Assembly (NCBI GenBank): GCA_964016885.1
Contig: OZ024740.1
Coordinates: 423,398,001 to 423,462,000, forward strand
Source: Eledone cirrhosa
Taxonomy: Eukaryota
Reading direction: 5' to 3'
DNA: 64,000 bases
Made by a program: the position numbers and the translations under genes. How positions within the stretch are numbered: position 1 is the first letter of the stretch; each line of letters begins with the position of its first letter. The notes beneath the pieces are model-generated. The model had not been told where the DNA came from. It made no database searches and was given only the letters and a program-made list of their open reading frames with translations. Shown in pieces: positions 32,540 to 43,661 of this stretch.

Positions 32540-32930
32540 AATATATATATACATATTATTTATTTATTTATTTACGTTCCAGCTGAGGGACTGAGGCCAA
32601 GCTGGGGCACTGCCACCGATGCTACACTTTCTATAACCAGCCTTCCCTGGTTGGCCATTGATTCAAAAGAGAGATTGTTGTTGCTGCTCTTGTTTGTGTT
32701 TCACCTCGTGTTGTGAGTTCATCCAGGATCTCAGTCGGTAGAATGTTGAGATGTCTCTTGAAAATATCTACATGTACACCATCTAGATCTCTCAGATTTT
32801 TTGGCAGCTTATTAAAAATCTGGGGTCCCTTGAACTCCAGGTTATTGCAGTATGTGGTCCTTATTCTTGATGTGACAGATGGGACCTTTGGCACTACACC
32901 CTGGCGACCTGTTCGTCGGCTGGTCCTGCT
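32540..32930 (-). mobile_element. CR1-group LINE 3' end (continues upstream at 34546-34660)
   Basis: KGPQIFNKLPKNLRDL..FKRHL; upstream piece LKLYSLEWRRERYEVIYIWKILDGL. Confidence 0.7.
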
Positions 32931-34545
32931 TCTTGTGAGCTTGTCATGGGCATTACTGTCAGCAGCGATTTGCGTTGGACAAAGCACATCGCACATCTCT
33001 AAAATTGTCAAGAAGGCCGAGGGTATCTTGGCATCACTCAGCAAGATCTTTGTCAGCCACTTTCCAGCTATCTATTACAAGCTGTATATAGCTATGGTAT
33101 GGCCACACTTAGAATTTGCATCACCAGTCTGGAACCCCTATCTTGCTCAGAACATTGACCTCCTGGAAATTGTTCAGGGACGTGCAACCAAGCGAATACC
33201 CTCCATCAGGCATCTACCATACTCTGAACGCCTTGCTTCCCTGGGCATGGATACATTGAAGCTCTGACATCTAGCAACTGACTTGGTAAACACCCACAAA
33301 ATTATTAACCATCTTGCCAACAACAACCCTGAGTACCTTTTTGATTTCCATGTGTCTAACACATGTGGGCATGCCAATAAAGTCAGAAAACAGCACAGTT
33401 CCCATGACTTTCTGAAACATTTTTTCACGCTCAGAGTTGCTGAAGCAGGGAACAAACTCCCTGCATCAGTTGTTAGCTGTCGAGACACTGCATCCTTTAA
33501 AAACTCCATGGAACAAACTACCTGCATCAGTTGTTAGCTGTCGAGACACTGCATCCTTTAAAAACTCCATGGAACAAACTACCTGCATCAGTTGTTAGCT
33601 GTCGAGACACTGCATCCTTTAAAACCTCCATGGAACAAACAACCTGCATCAGTTGTTAGCTGTCTAGACACTGCATCCTTTAAAAACTCCATGGAACAAA
33701 CTACCTGCATCAATTGTTAGTTGTCTAGACACTGCATCCTTTAAAAACTCCATGGAACAAACTCTCTGCATCAGTTGTTAGCTGTCGAGACACTGCATCC
33801 TTTAAAACCCCCATGGAACGAACTACCTGCATCAGTTGTTAGCTGTCGAGACATTGCATCCTTTAAAACCTCCTTGGAACAAACTCCCTGCATCAGTTGT
33901 TAGCTGTCGAGACACTGCATCCTTTAAAACCTCCATGGAACAAACTCCCTGCATCAGTTGTTAGCTGTCGAGACACTGCATCCTTTAAAACCTCCATGGA
34001 ACAAACTCCCTGCATCAGTTGTTAGCTGTCGAGACACTGCATCCTTTAAAACCTCCATGGAACAAACTCCCTGCATCAGTTGTTAGCTGTCGAGACACTG
34101 CATCCTTTAAAACCTCCATGGAACAAACTCCTTGCATCAGTTATTAGCTGTCAAGACACTGCATCCTTTAAAACCTCCATGGAACAAACTCCTTGAATCA
34201 GTTGTTAGCTGTCGAGACACTGCATCCTTTAAAACCTCCATGGAACAAACTCCTTGAATCAGTTATTAGCTGTCAAGACACTGCATCCTTTAAAACCTCC
34301 ATGGAACAAACTACCTGCATCAGTTGTTAGCTGTCGAGACACTGCATCCTTTAAAACCTCCATGCTACCTGAGATTCACCAACACTACACCTAATATTCC
34401 CCCTCCATACACACGCACACATGTATATCATGACTCATACACTATTTATTTTCCAGACATTTGTATATTATTCTATGTACTATACATGCACCTTTGATGA
34501 GTTCTAGTGCGCCTGAGCACTGTACACAATAATTTCATTATTATT
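32930..34545 (+). mobile_element. CR1-group LINE 3' fragment nested in the opposite-strand CR1, with internal minisatellite
   Basis: LYIAMVWPHLEFASPVWNPY..LEIVQGRATK..YSERLASLG; FFTLRVAEA.NKLPASVV; short (ATT) tail. Confidence 0.85.
33449..34363 (+). repeat. 61-bp minisatellite, 15 copies, derived from the CR1 ORF end
   Basis: Unit GGAACAAACTACCTGCATCAGTTGTTAGCTGTCGAGACACTGCATCCTTTAAAAACTCCAT; 915 bp / 61 = 15. Confidence 0.95.
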
Positions 34546-34660
34546 CACTGTCAAAGTTTGATGCTAATCCATCCAGGATCTTCCATATGTATATCACTTC
34601 GTATCTCTCCCGTCTCCACTCCAGGGAGTAAAGCTTTAATTTCTTCAGCCTCCCCACTAT

Positions 34661-34769
<109 letters not shown>

Positions 34770-35828
34770 AATTAGCGAGAATCGTATTTCAGCACAGGAA
34801 TTAACGAAAATCAACATCCGAGATGTGTGGCAAGCGCTCGATGATTCATGTGAATCAGAGCTACAACATACGTTAAGGGCCAAACACACTGAGATGATGG
34901 TTAAACAAATCATCCGCATAGCCAAAACAAACGACCAAGTAATTCGGGTCAAACAATAAAAATATATGTGATTGATAATTTACCCGGACCCTGGACTGTT
35001 AGTAAAATCCAGTATTTGGTTTCTGCGACTCCAAAATCAGGTACTGTCCGCCTACATAAAGAATATATATATATATATATGTTGTGCATACCTGAATTTG
35101 AGAATATACATGTATGCACAATTGTGAACATTCATACAATTTATATTATTTTACTTAAAATTTAGGGTGACGCTCTGTACCAGTCTCCGTGTGTGTGTGT
35201 GTGTGTGCGTATGTGTGCATCAGTATATATATGTACATCTGTATACATCTGTGCATATTTTTAATACATGTTGCACTGATGATCCATGTGAACGTGTGTA
35301 TATGTGTGCATTCGAAATCTTGTATATGTGTCTGTTTATGTATGTGCATATGTCACTGTATATGTGTGTTACACATAACCACAATATTGGGCATGGAAGC
35401 TATCAAGGGAGGCTACTCTTGTCATACTGTTATCTCGTCCTTTCTATAACTTTCATTTCAACTTATATTTTCCTCACCGTTGCAGCTTCCGGCTTCACTT
35501 CGAAGATGAGAAAACTCTGTAACACGGGTGATGAAATTTTAGTGAATATATTCTATTGGGATATTATCTTTAATAGTGATGATTTCATTAGTCGATAGTA
35601 GATATTAACCCGAAAACACAGCATATCTTATATGTCTTTTTGGGGTGGCGGGACATTAGCAAAATATTTGATAAACTCATGAAATATTTCTAGGTACAAA
35701 CTAGTCTTACTACAGATCTGGAATACTAAATATTCCAGTGTTTACAAAATATATTACTAATATCATACATTCTTTCAATGACATTGTTTTCGTTTTATTA
35801 AGTTGACGATGATTATCCACCAGAAAAT

Positions 35829-35979
35829 ATGATCGATAACCGATCGTCGAATCTAATAGTTTTGTGTGAAGTGGCTGAGAAAGAATCTAGTTTGAAAAAT
35901 ATCGAAATCCAAAAAGATGTTGAAATTGTTATCGATGAAGGAAACTTGCATCAGATCCCAATCCTCTTTAAAGATTAAG
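35829..35979 (+). pseudogene. Frameshifted fragment resembling the N-terminus of ribosome biogenesis protein RRS1
   Basis: EVAEKESSLKNIEIQKDVEIVIDEGNL/fs/ASDPNP resembles RRS1 as recalled (..ITVHKELELQFDLGNLLASDRNP); followed by AAG|GTTAGT donor. Confidence 0.5.
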
Positions 35980-36063
35980 GTTAGTTTATAATAAATGTTA
36001 ATCTTAAACATTTACCACGTAGCTTTATTAGTTCTATATTCTAACTAAACGCCACTAAATATA

Positions 36064-37053
36064 CAGGGTGGCCCGAAAGTCTTGTCATACCCTACCAAAA
36101 AGTAATGAGAAACAGTTTATGTTCCCATCACAGTATTGCTCTCTTCGGAGGAGCTGGTTTGCGAATCTTGCAGGAAAGTCATGTTGCACATCTTCCATGC
36201 TCTTGCCAGAATGCACACGACCATGTGTCCATACTCTTGCAAGCAGCCTCTCTTCCAAACTGTAGGAGCTCTGAAATAGAAAATTATATTATTATTATGT
36301 TATTGTCTGAGTTCAAATCCCGCCGAGGTTAACTTTGCTTTTCATCCTTACGGAGTCGATAAAATAAAGTACCAGTAATACACTGGGAAAATTGCTGGCC
36401 TTGTGCCAAAAGTAGAAACAATTATTATTATTAATAATAATATAATTCGATAAAATAAAGTACCAGTAATGCACTGGTATAATTTCTGGCCTTGTGCCAA
36501 AAAGTAGAAACAATTATTATTATTATATATTATATTAATTGTTTCTACTTTTGCCACAAGGCCAGAAATTATCCCAGTGCATTACTGGTACTTTATTTTA
36601 TCAACCCTGTAAAGGATGAAAGGCAAAATCCTGCCGAGGTTAACTTTGCCTTTCATCCTTACGGGGTCGATAAAATAAAGTACCAGTAATACACTGGGAT
36701 ATTTGCTGGCCTTGTGCCAAAAGTAGAAACAATTATTATTATATATTATAATTAATTGTTTCTACTTTAGGCACAAGGCCAGCAATTACCCAGTGCATTA
36801 CTGGTACTTTATTTTATCGACCCCCGTAAGGATGAAAGGCAAAGTCAACCTCGGCGGGATTTGAACTCAGATCGTAAAGGGACGTAACTATGCTGGAAAG
36901 CATGGCGTCCGACCCTCTACCGATACTGCCAATCCACCGCCCTTTATATATTATAATTAATGATATATATTATATTATTAAAACAAAAAATAGTGAAAAA
37001 AAAATGAAAGTTAAAACAATATGTAAGGGTGACAAGACTTTCGGACCACCCTG
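36064..37053. mobile_element. Non-autonomous Tc1/mariner element with TA TSD, filled with SINE fragments
   Basis: TA|CAGGGTGGCCCGAAAGTCTTGTCA ... TGACAAGACTTTCGGACCACCCTG|TA. Confidence 0.85.
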
Positions 37054-37075
37054 TATATAAAGGCATTTATATATA

Positions 37076-37433
37076 CTAGCTGGACCCGTGAAAAAATTCA
37101 CGAATAACCCTCCTCTCTATATATATAAACTCATCCCTTTCTCTATATATTATAACACCCCTCTCTCTATATATATATTTAGCCCCCTCTCTCTATATAT
37201 ATTTTAACCCTCCTTTCTCTATATTATAACCCCCTCTCTATATATTATAACCCATCCCTTTCTCTATATTATGAACCCCCTTTTCTCTCTATATAATAAC
37301 CCATCCCTTTCTCTATATTATAACCCCCTCTCTCTCTTCTTTCCAAACGTTGCAACACTCCTTGATTTTCTTTCGCCGTAGATTGTTTACCACCCCACAT
37401 ACGGTACGTAGGTATTAGTTATTAATATATAGA
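37076..37433 (-). mobile_element. Non-autonomous Helitron-like element with internal CT/TA minisatellite
   Basis: Sense 5' TCTATATATTAATAA; 3' hairpin CGTGAA-TTTT-TTCACG, then GGTCCAGCTAG|T. Confidence 0.65.
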
Positions 37434-37590
37434 CATATATGAATTTGTGTATAATAAATGTAATCTGAGTTTTTCGAATATTAATAATAATATTCGATTT
37501 GTTTGCAATTATGCAAACAGCTTCATTTTTAAAGCCATGTCAGTAGAATGAGCCCCTCATTCTTGCTCTTGTGTTGGCATGTAAACAGAA

Positions 37591-37634
37591 CTGCAGACAC
37601 TAATGTTTCTGGGTATTACCCTTCATCAGTACAG
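37591..37634 (-). ncRNA. Type I hammerhead ribozyme motif
   Basis: CTGTA-CTGATGA-A-GGGT-AAT-ACCC-A-GAAA-CA-TTAG-TG-TC-TGCAG; GUC cleavage triplet. Confidence 0.75.
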
Positions 37635-37699
37635 CTCACTGTTCACCTGCCAACTGTCAGAGCTAATGAAAATATGATATTTTCTAAAATATACAGTGA

Positions 37700-37806
37700 C
37701 TGACTGGCCTGATTTGCATATTAGCAGACTGGCTGATCAGTCAGATTTGCATATTAGCAGATCCACTGATCAGCCAGATTTGCATATCAGCACACTGGCC
37801 AGTCAG
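37700..37806. repeat. Three 33-bp tandem repeats, each containing octamer ATTTGCAT
   Basis: ATTTGCAT at 37712, 37745 and 37778. Confidence 0.8.
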
Positions 37807-38439
37807 TTTCCTGTATACGAGCGATGAATGGCCAGCTTTGCCATATTCAAATAGAAAAAAAAAACCATTTACTGTAATCAGCCATTTAGAGTGAAACATT
37901 TTTTTTTTCTATAATTAATTTGTGTATATGTTTATGAAGATGTGGTATAAATATTTATGGTTATAAAATTCCATAACTCCAATACAAATAATATTTATTG
38001 GAAATATTGAAGATAATGAACAAACTTTATTTCAAATCTGGAAGTAACTTTGTTAAAGAAACATTTATTTCAAAGTAATTAAATGTTATACCGATTGTGG
38101 ATTGTAGCGTTATTTACTGTCACTTAGAAAATATTGAGGTTTAAAAAAAAATTGCCATTAAATAAATTTAAATCTAAATTATTTTAAGGCCATGTGCCGA
38201 GTGACCAGGAGACCCGCATGGTTAAAGGATTACATCCCATCAACCTTTGCCCCCCCCCCCCCCCCCACACCTACACCCCCGCCTCATTCCAAGGGAATTA
38301 ACTTGTATCCCTCTCCCACTGCTGGATTCTGTCGAAATTAGTTCTATTCATCCACCCCACCACTCCTGTAACAGCTAGCTTGACGTTCAGATTTCTAATG
38401 AGGACTTTGCTGCTGTCCTCCGGGACTTTTCTAAGCTGA

Positions 38440-39110
38440 AACTCAAGCAGTATCCCAGAAGGAGCTCGGACCAGTTTTACCTGTGCTCTCTCCAAACTGC
38501 TGAAAAACGTCTGGCTATCCAACATCTTGAATTGGCGGAAACTATTCTTGTGCCCCTTAGTCTCTCTCCGTGTCCAACATGAAATCCAGATCCTTCACAT
38601 CTTCCCTAAAACAGCAGTTCGAGTTGTTTGATTCAACTCCAGTTACTGCTCACCTCAGTTCCAATCAATGGTCGATTGCCGAATTTAAAGAAAGCCATCA
38701 ATTCCAAATTCAATGACGATGACATTAAAGGGGCTGTTCCCTTCCTCTCCAGTTTCCTTGCTTGTCTGCTTTTGAAAAGGACGGAAAACTTCCAGACAAG
38801 GATCTGTCTTTTGTTCCCACCTCACTGAACTGTATGAAGATATGGAGCAATGATTTCATGATCTGTTGCTCTTCGAGTCCCTGAATGGATTGTCAAGCCC
38901 TTCATTGACATATGTGGAGAAGAGGGGGGGGGGTAGAAGAGGAGCTGATAACTCTTCAAAGTGACATTGAGTTGAAGCCTAAATTCCACAAGGGCTATCA
39001 AGAATTTTGGTTTTAAAAGGTTATCCGTGATTGCTATCAGGAGCTTTGGAAGAAAGTCAAATTGTTCTTCCTTGCCTTTCCTCAGTGCAGTGCAAGCTCT
39101 GAATTACGGA
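38440..39110 (+). mobile_element. Highly decayed CRE-like (RLE) non-LTR relic
   Basis: IPEGARTSF..LSKLL and KKAINSKFNDDDIKGAV resemble the pre-RT region of CRE-clade ORFs; weak. Confidence 0.35.
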
Positions 39111-39378
39111 ACATGGAGATCTCAGACTTGTTCTTGGTACAATTCAACCTGAGATTGAGACGCTACTTTCACTTCACTTATTGAAGCCCCTCCTTAAAAA
39201 CCTATCTGGGTGGACTGTTTTAGTGGTATACTATTGACTTCTCCAAAATGCCTTGTAAATGTATGCATTATTTTATTGAGAATATAATTGCATATGTAGA
39301 AAAGTCTCTTTATTGGCGCTGAATTGGGAGAACCATGAATTTATCATATATTATTATAGTATCATATACATTTATCTA

Positions 39379-39687
39379 TCTATATATCTAAAGCAGAGAA
39401 TGTCTGTCTGTCAGCTCACTAAAACTCAAGAACCACCCAACCGATTGTTTTCAAACTTTACACATGTAATACTTATGCTCCTGTGAGTGTTTTGAGGAAA
39501 ATATTTCAAATTTTCAATGCACTAAGGACTGCATTAGGCGATCTCTCTCTATAATTCTTAGTCTTTCTTTTTAGATAGATACATAGATATAACATTGCGT
39601 CCTTATAATATCTTTCTGTCTGCATTACGACATGGTGTGTGTGTGTGTGTAACGTTTTTCGAAATATTTACTTCTGCGTTCACAGAT

Positions 39688-39722
<35 letters not shown>

Positions 39723-40157
39723 TTTCAGAAGATCCCGTCAAGGGTGAAAGCAGCAATTATTTGCTTAAACTTTAATCTATTATTTTAATATATATATATA
39801 TAATTATATATTCATGTACAGATATTTTTTCATACACACTAACAAAATATAAACAAACGTATTTATTTCACGATAAAGTATTGATTTTCTTCGTACGGAA
39901 AAAAACCCTGGTAATCTACGACAAATTTTTTTTTATAAGCACAAAATGTAGACACCATCCAGAGGCCGAGGCATTCCGTACTTCTCTGTACTGTTATATA
40001 TATATATAATTATATATTCATGTACAGTATTTTTGCATACACAATCACAAAATATAAACAAACATATTTATTTCACAAGGCTTGATAAAGATAAATATAT
40101 ATCAAATATATAAGAACCCTAGAGCAAATCCTGAGCAACGCAGGGCCATTCTGCTAA
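39379..40157 (+). mobile_element. Non-autonomous Helitron-like element
   Basis: 5' TCTATATATCTAAAG..GTCTGTCTGTC..CAACCGATT; 3' CCTGAGCAACGCAGGG..GCTAA(T). Confidence 0.6.
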
Positions 40158-40640
40158 TATAATACTAAAATTCTGCGATTGCTTGCTTGTCTGTAATGTA
40201 ACACAGCCAGAAGGGTGTGTAATGGGAAAATACTTTGAAAGGAAGTTGACCCTGAAATGGGAATACAAATGGAATAAAACAAGTTCGCATAAATCGGACC
40301 CATGGGTTACCGAGATATGGGGTTTTTCCAGGTACCTTCATAAACAAGAGAGAGAGAGAAAGGAAACAGTGAGAGAGCTGTTGTTGTGTGTACATATATT
40401 TATGTGAGTGTGCGTGTATATATATGTGTGTGTATGTGTGTCTATGAACAGTGTATATAGATCAGACACCCACAAAAATGTATACACATACATATATATA
40501 TATATACACACACACATATATATGTGTATACACACACACACGTATATATGACCCTTCCAGTTTCATTTCACATATACACGTCTGTCTATATTTTAATTAT
40601 TTAGAAGTGGACGTGACCCAACGGGTCACAGGTGCTCTAG
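40158..40640 (+). mobile_element. Second Helitron-like element abutting the first
   Basis: 3' hairpin GTGACCC-AAC-GGGTCAC followed by CTAG|T. Confidence 0.6.
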
Positions 40641-40829
40641 TATAATATAATAGTATATTTAATATCAAATGATATATATATATAAATTAGTAAAATAAAT
40701 ATATATTTTGCATAAATTAATGATTTTATTATACATTATTTACAGTTTGCATGTAGGCAGGTCTCTCTGGAAATGGGGGGGGGGGGGGCTGAGGGTATTA
40801 CATGGCAGTGGGGGTGGAGGCTATATATC

Positions 40830-41555
40830 TATATTTATTTATTTGCCACAAGGGCGCACAAGAAATGGGTCATTACAAAATGTGACAGTTGGGGTTTTAC
40901 AAGTAAGCATGTAAACACATTTAACAGTTATAAAATTAAAATACACCATTGAAATCCCTCAAAGGGGTACGTTACTGTGTGGTTATTTTATACCCCATAG
41001 ATAGAACAACCTTAACACCAGGAGCATGTTTTCTAAGTACTCCAGTCTTCTCTCTTTTGTCTTCTTCAACTTACAGGTTTATATACAGGGAAGGCCCATT
41101 CACTCAGGCCATTTTTATCATATTCACTCATCTTTCAGTAAATTTACTGGGGTGCAGCACATTTATCTCCACTCACACCTTCCTTTTAAAATTATATTTG
41201 AAGAAGGGGATGAGTTGTTTTCCAGAGAGGGAGGTGTTTGCCCTCCGTCCTTTTAATCTCATCCTCTGTATCACATCCACCAGACTGAGGAAAACTGCCT
41301 CTCTTTCAGTGTTAAATGAAGGTGGTGGGGTAATCCACATAATGGACTCGGATGACAACTGAATTTGTTCTACATGTGACAGTAGCTGCTCAAAATAATT
41401 CCACAGGTTAGTAACTCCTGGATAGTAGACAATAGCATGCAGAGCAGTTTCAATGTTCTGCTCACACCTTGGACAGGTTCTTCTGGCAGGATCCATGCCT
41501 GTAGATTTTATCTCAAACTGGTAGAGTTTCCATGTATAGATAGCGTGATACATAG
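40830..41555 (-). mobile_element. Old, diverged 3' fragment of the same Tx1 lineage as the array
   Basis: RRTCPRCEQNIETALHA..LWNYFEQLLS..LSSESI..PPPSF..FFK aligns with array ORF2 C-terminus; 3' end CCCTTGTGGCAAATAAA conserved. Confidence 0.88.
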
Positions 41556-41602
41556 ATAGATTGATAGAGAGATAGATATATAGGGAGTAGATGCATATAT
41601 AT

Positions 41603-41769
41603 ATACAAGTAAATATAAATTAATATATATGATGAAACACAAATACCAACATATCTGTGTTTATATTGTAAAAGAAATTAGCTAGCTAACTTAATTTCTT
41701 TTACAATATAAACACAGATATGTTGGTATTTGTGTTTTATCATATATATTAATTTATATTTACTTGTAT
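41603..41769. repeat. 78-bp inverted repeat with 11-nt spacer
   Basis: 41603-41680 vs 41692-41769, one mismatch seen. Confidence 0.92.
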
Positions 41770-41844
41770 TATACGGCTCAGAAATATTTCTTTCTTTGAG
41801 CTATTTCATTGTAAAGGAATGCTTGAGTTTTGAACTCAATACAC

Positions 41845-41915
<71 letters not shown>

Positions 41916-41960
41916 GACGTAAAATAAGAAAATTCTAAAAATTAACTTACTAAAATTTCA

Positions 41961-42039
41961 CTCCAACTAATTAGTTTCTGAAAGGGAATAAACATGGTTT
42001 CCGAATGGAAGATGGAGAATACCTTTCGTCATCAGGAAG
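41961..42039 (-). ncRNA. Type I hammerhead ribozyme motif
   Basis: CTTC-CTGATGA-C-GAAAGG[loop]CCTTTC-A-GAAA-CTAATTAG-TT-GGAG. Confidence 0.7.
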
Positions 42040-42329
42040 TCAATTCTCAGCTAAGTTCCCAGGCGATGCGTGGACACAGGGAACTTATACAAAAATAATT
42101 CAGTGGATGGAAAAAAGCAAGCGAGGACTAAATTCCAAGACATTGAAAAAATCACTGCCTACTTGGTCGGTGGCAAATTCAAAAGAATCAATCACGTGAC
42201 ATCGAGGTTAATCAGTGAGGAGTGGGTGTTAATAAGACAGTAGCCGGACTATTACTATGAACTATAGTAGTAGTTTTGGCAAATTTTTGCTCAACAAAAT
42301 AATTTGGAGTTAATTATAAAGAATTAGTA

Positions 42330-42652
42330 TTAATTTTAGTAAGTAAGTTAATTTTTATAATTTTCTTATTTTACGTCTTTCATATAATTGTTCTGCATCC
42401 CCTTGCATTGAACCACAAAGTTACTAAGACAAAACCTATATATTTGCTAGCATAGGTATGCATCTGTATATATATGTTGGTAGATATACTAATTTTAGTA
42501 AGTAAGTTAATTTTTATAATTTACTTATTTTACGTCTTTCATATAATTGTTCTGCATCCCCTTGCATTGAACCACAAAGTTACTAAGACAAAACCTATAT
42601 ATTTGCTAGCATAGGTATGCATCTGTATATACATGTTGGTAGATATACTAAT
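42330..42652. repeat. ~160-bp direct tandem duplication; its first ~55 bp are an inverted copy of 41908-41958
   Basis: AATTTTAGTAAGTAAGTTAA...GGTAGATATACTAATT occurs twice. Confidence 0.85.
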
Positions 42653-42660
42653 TCTTTATA

Positions 42661-42702
<42 letters not shown>

Positions 42703-42829
42703 CAACACACATATATATATATATATATATATAAGGAAACAACACATCACCCGGTCTGAGAATTGAACTCACAACCTTTCGATTGCAAGGCCAATGCTCT
42801 AACCACTAAGCCATGTGCCTATATATATA

Positions 42830-43160
42830 TGGAGGTACATGGCTTAGTGGTTAGAGCATTGGCCTTGCAATCGAAAGGTTTGAGTTCAATTCTCAGACCG
42901 GGTGATGTGTTGGTTCCTTGTTTCCTTGAGCAAGACACTTTATTTCACATTGCTCCAGTTTACTCAGCTGTAGAAATGAGATGATAGGGACTGGGGTCCA
43001 TATCATTCCATTGCAAAGTGGTCGTGGAAGTGGTCATGGAAAAAAAGCACCCAGCACTCACTGTAAATGAGGTTGGTGTTAGGAAGGGCATCCAGCTACA
43101 GAAATCAAGCCAGAATCAGTTCCCGTCACATCCTTGCAAGCAGCGAAAAGCGGACGTAAA
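42830..43160 (+). mobile_element. tRNA-derived SINE with RTE-type 3' end and (TGA)n tail (family also at 55940-56250, 61266-61592; inverted head at 42733-42820)
   Basis: TGGCTTAGTGGTTAGAGC A-box, GAGTTCAATTCTC B-box; 3' CCTTGCAAGCAG.GAAAAGCGGACGTAAAATGATGA. Confidence 0.8.
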
Positions 43161-43611
43161 ATGATGATGATGATGATGATGAGAAATAGGAAAGGTAGGT
43201 AGGTAGACAGGTAGAAAAATTTAGGACGGACATTTTCTTCCTTTATTTTTTATGTGCTATCAACTTATCTGACCTCCAAGATACAATCCTCTATTTTATA
43301 GCAATAAAAAAAATAAGGAAACACTTTTTTGAACAGGAATCCTGGTGTTCTATAAATTTACCGGAGTGTGGTATAGTCTGGTTTGGTGTAGTGTAGGTTA
43401 GTGCAGTGTGGTGTGCTGTTTCATTGTGTTGTATGGTATAGTGTGATTCTCTCTAACTTAAAAAGAGACCTCAAAGATGCTTGCAATCAATTTTTTGTCT
43501 TGGATTAGTGTTAGATATACAAATAGCAAGGCAGACATACTTAGCTTGCTAGGTAGGTTTATATAGATAGTTAGATGGAGGGAGAGATTCATAGATATAT
43601 ATAGGGAGCTA

Positions 43612-43654
<43 letters not shown>

Positions 43655-43661
<7 letters not shown>

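Noticed and set aside
33449-34363. CRISPR-like array
   Set aside because: Contiguous tandem units with no unique spacers; eukaryotic LINE-derived sequence.
34770-34960. Protein-like frame ISENRISAQELTKINIRDVWQALDDSCESEL..
   Set aside because: No start, convincing splice context or family that I can recognise; BLASTX needed before any call.
42830-42905. tRNA gene (also at 23168, 55940, 61266)
   Set aside because: A/B boxes present but stems do not form a proper cloverleaf, and the sequence continues into a SINE body and tail.
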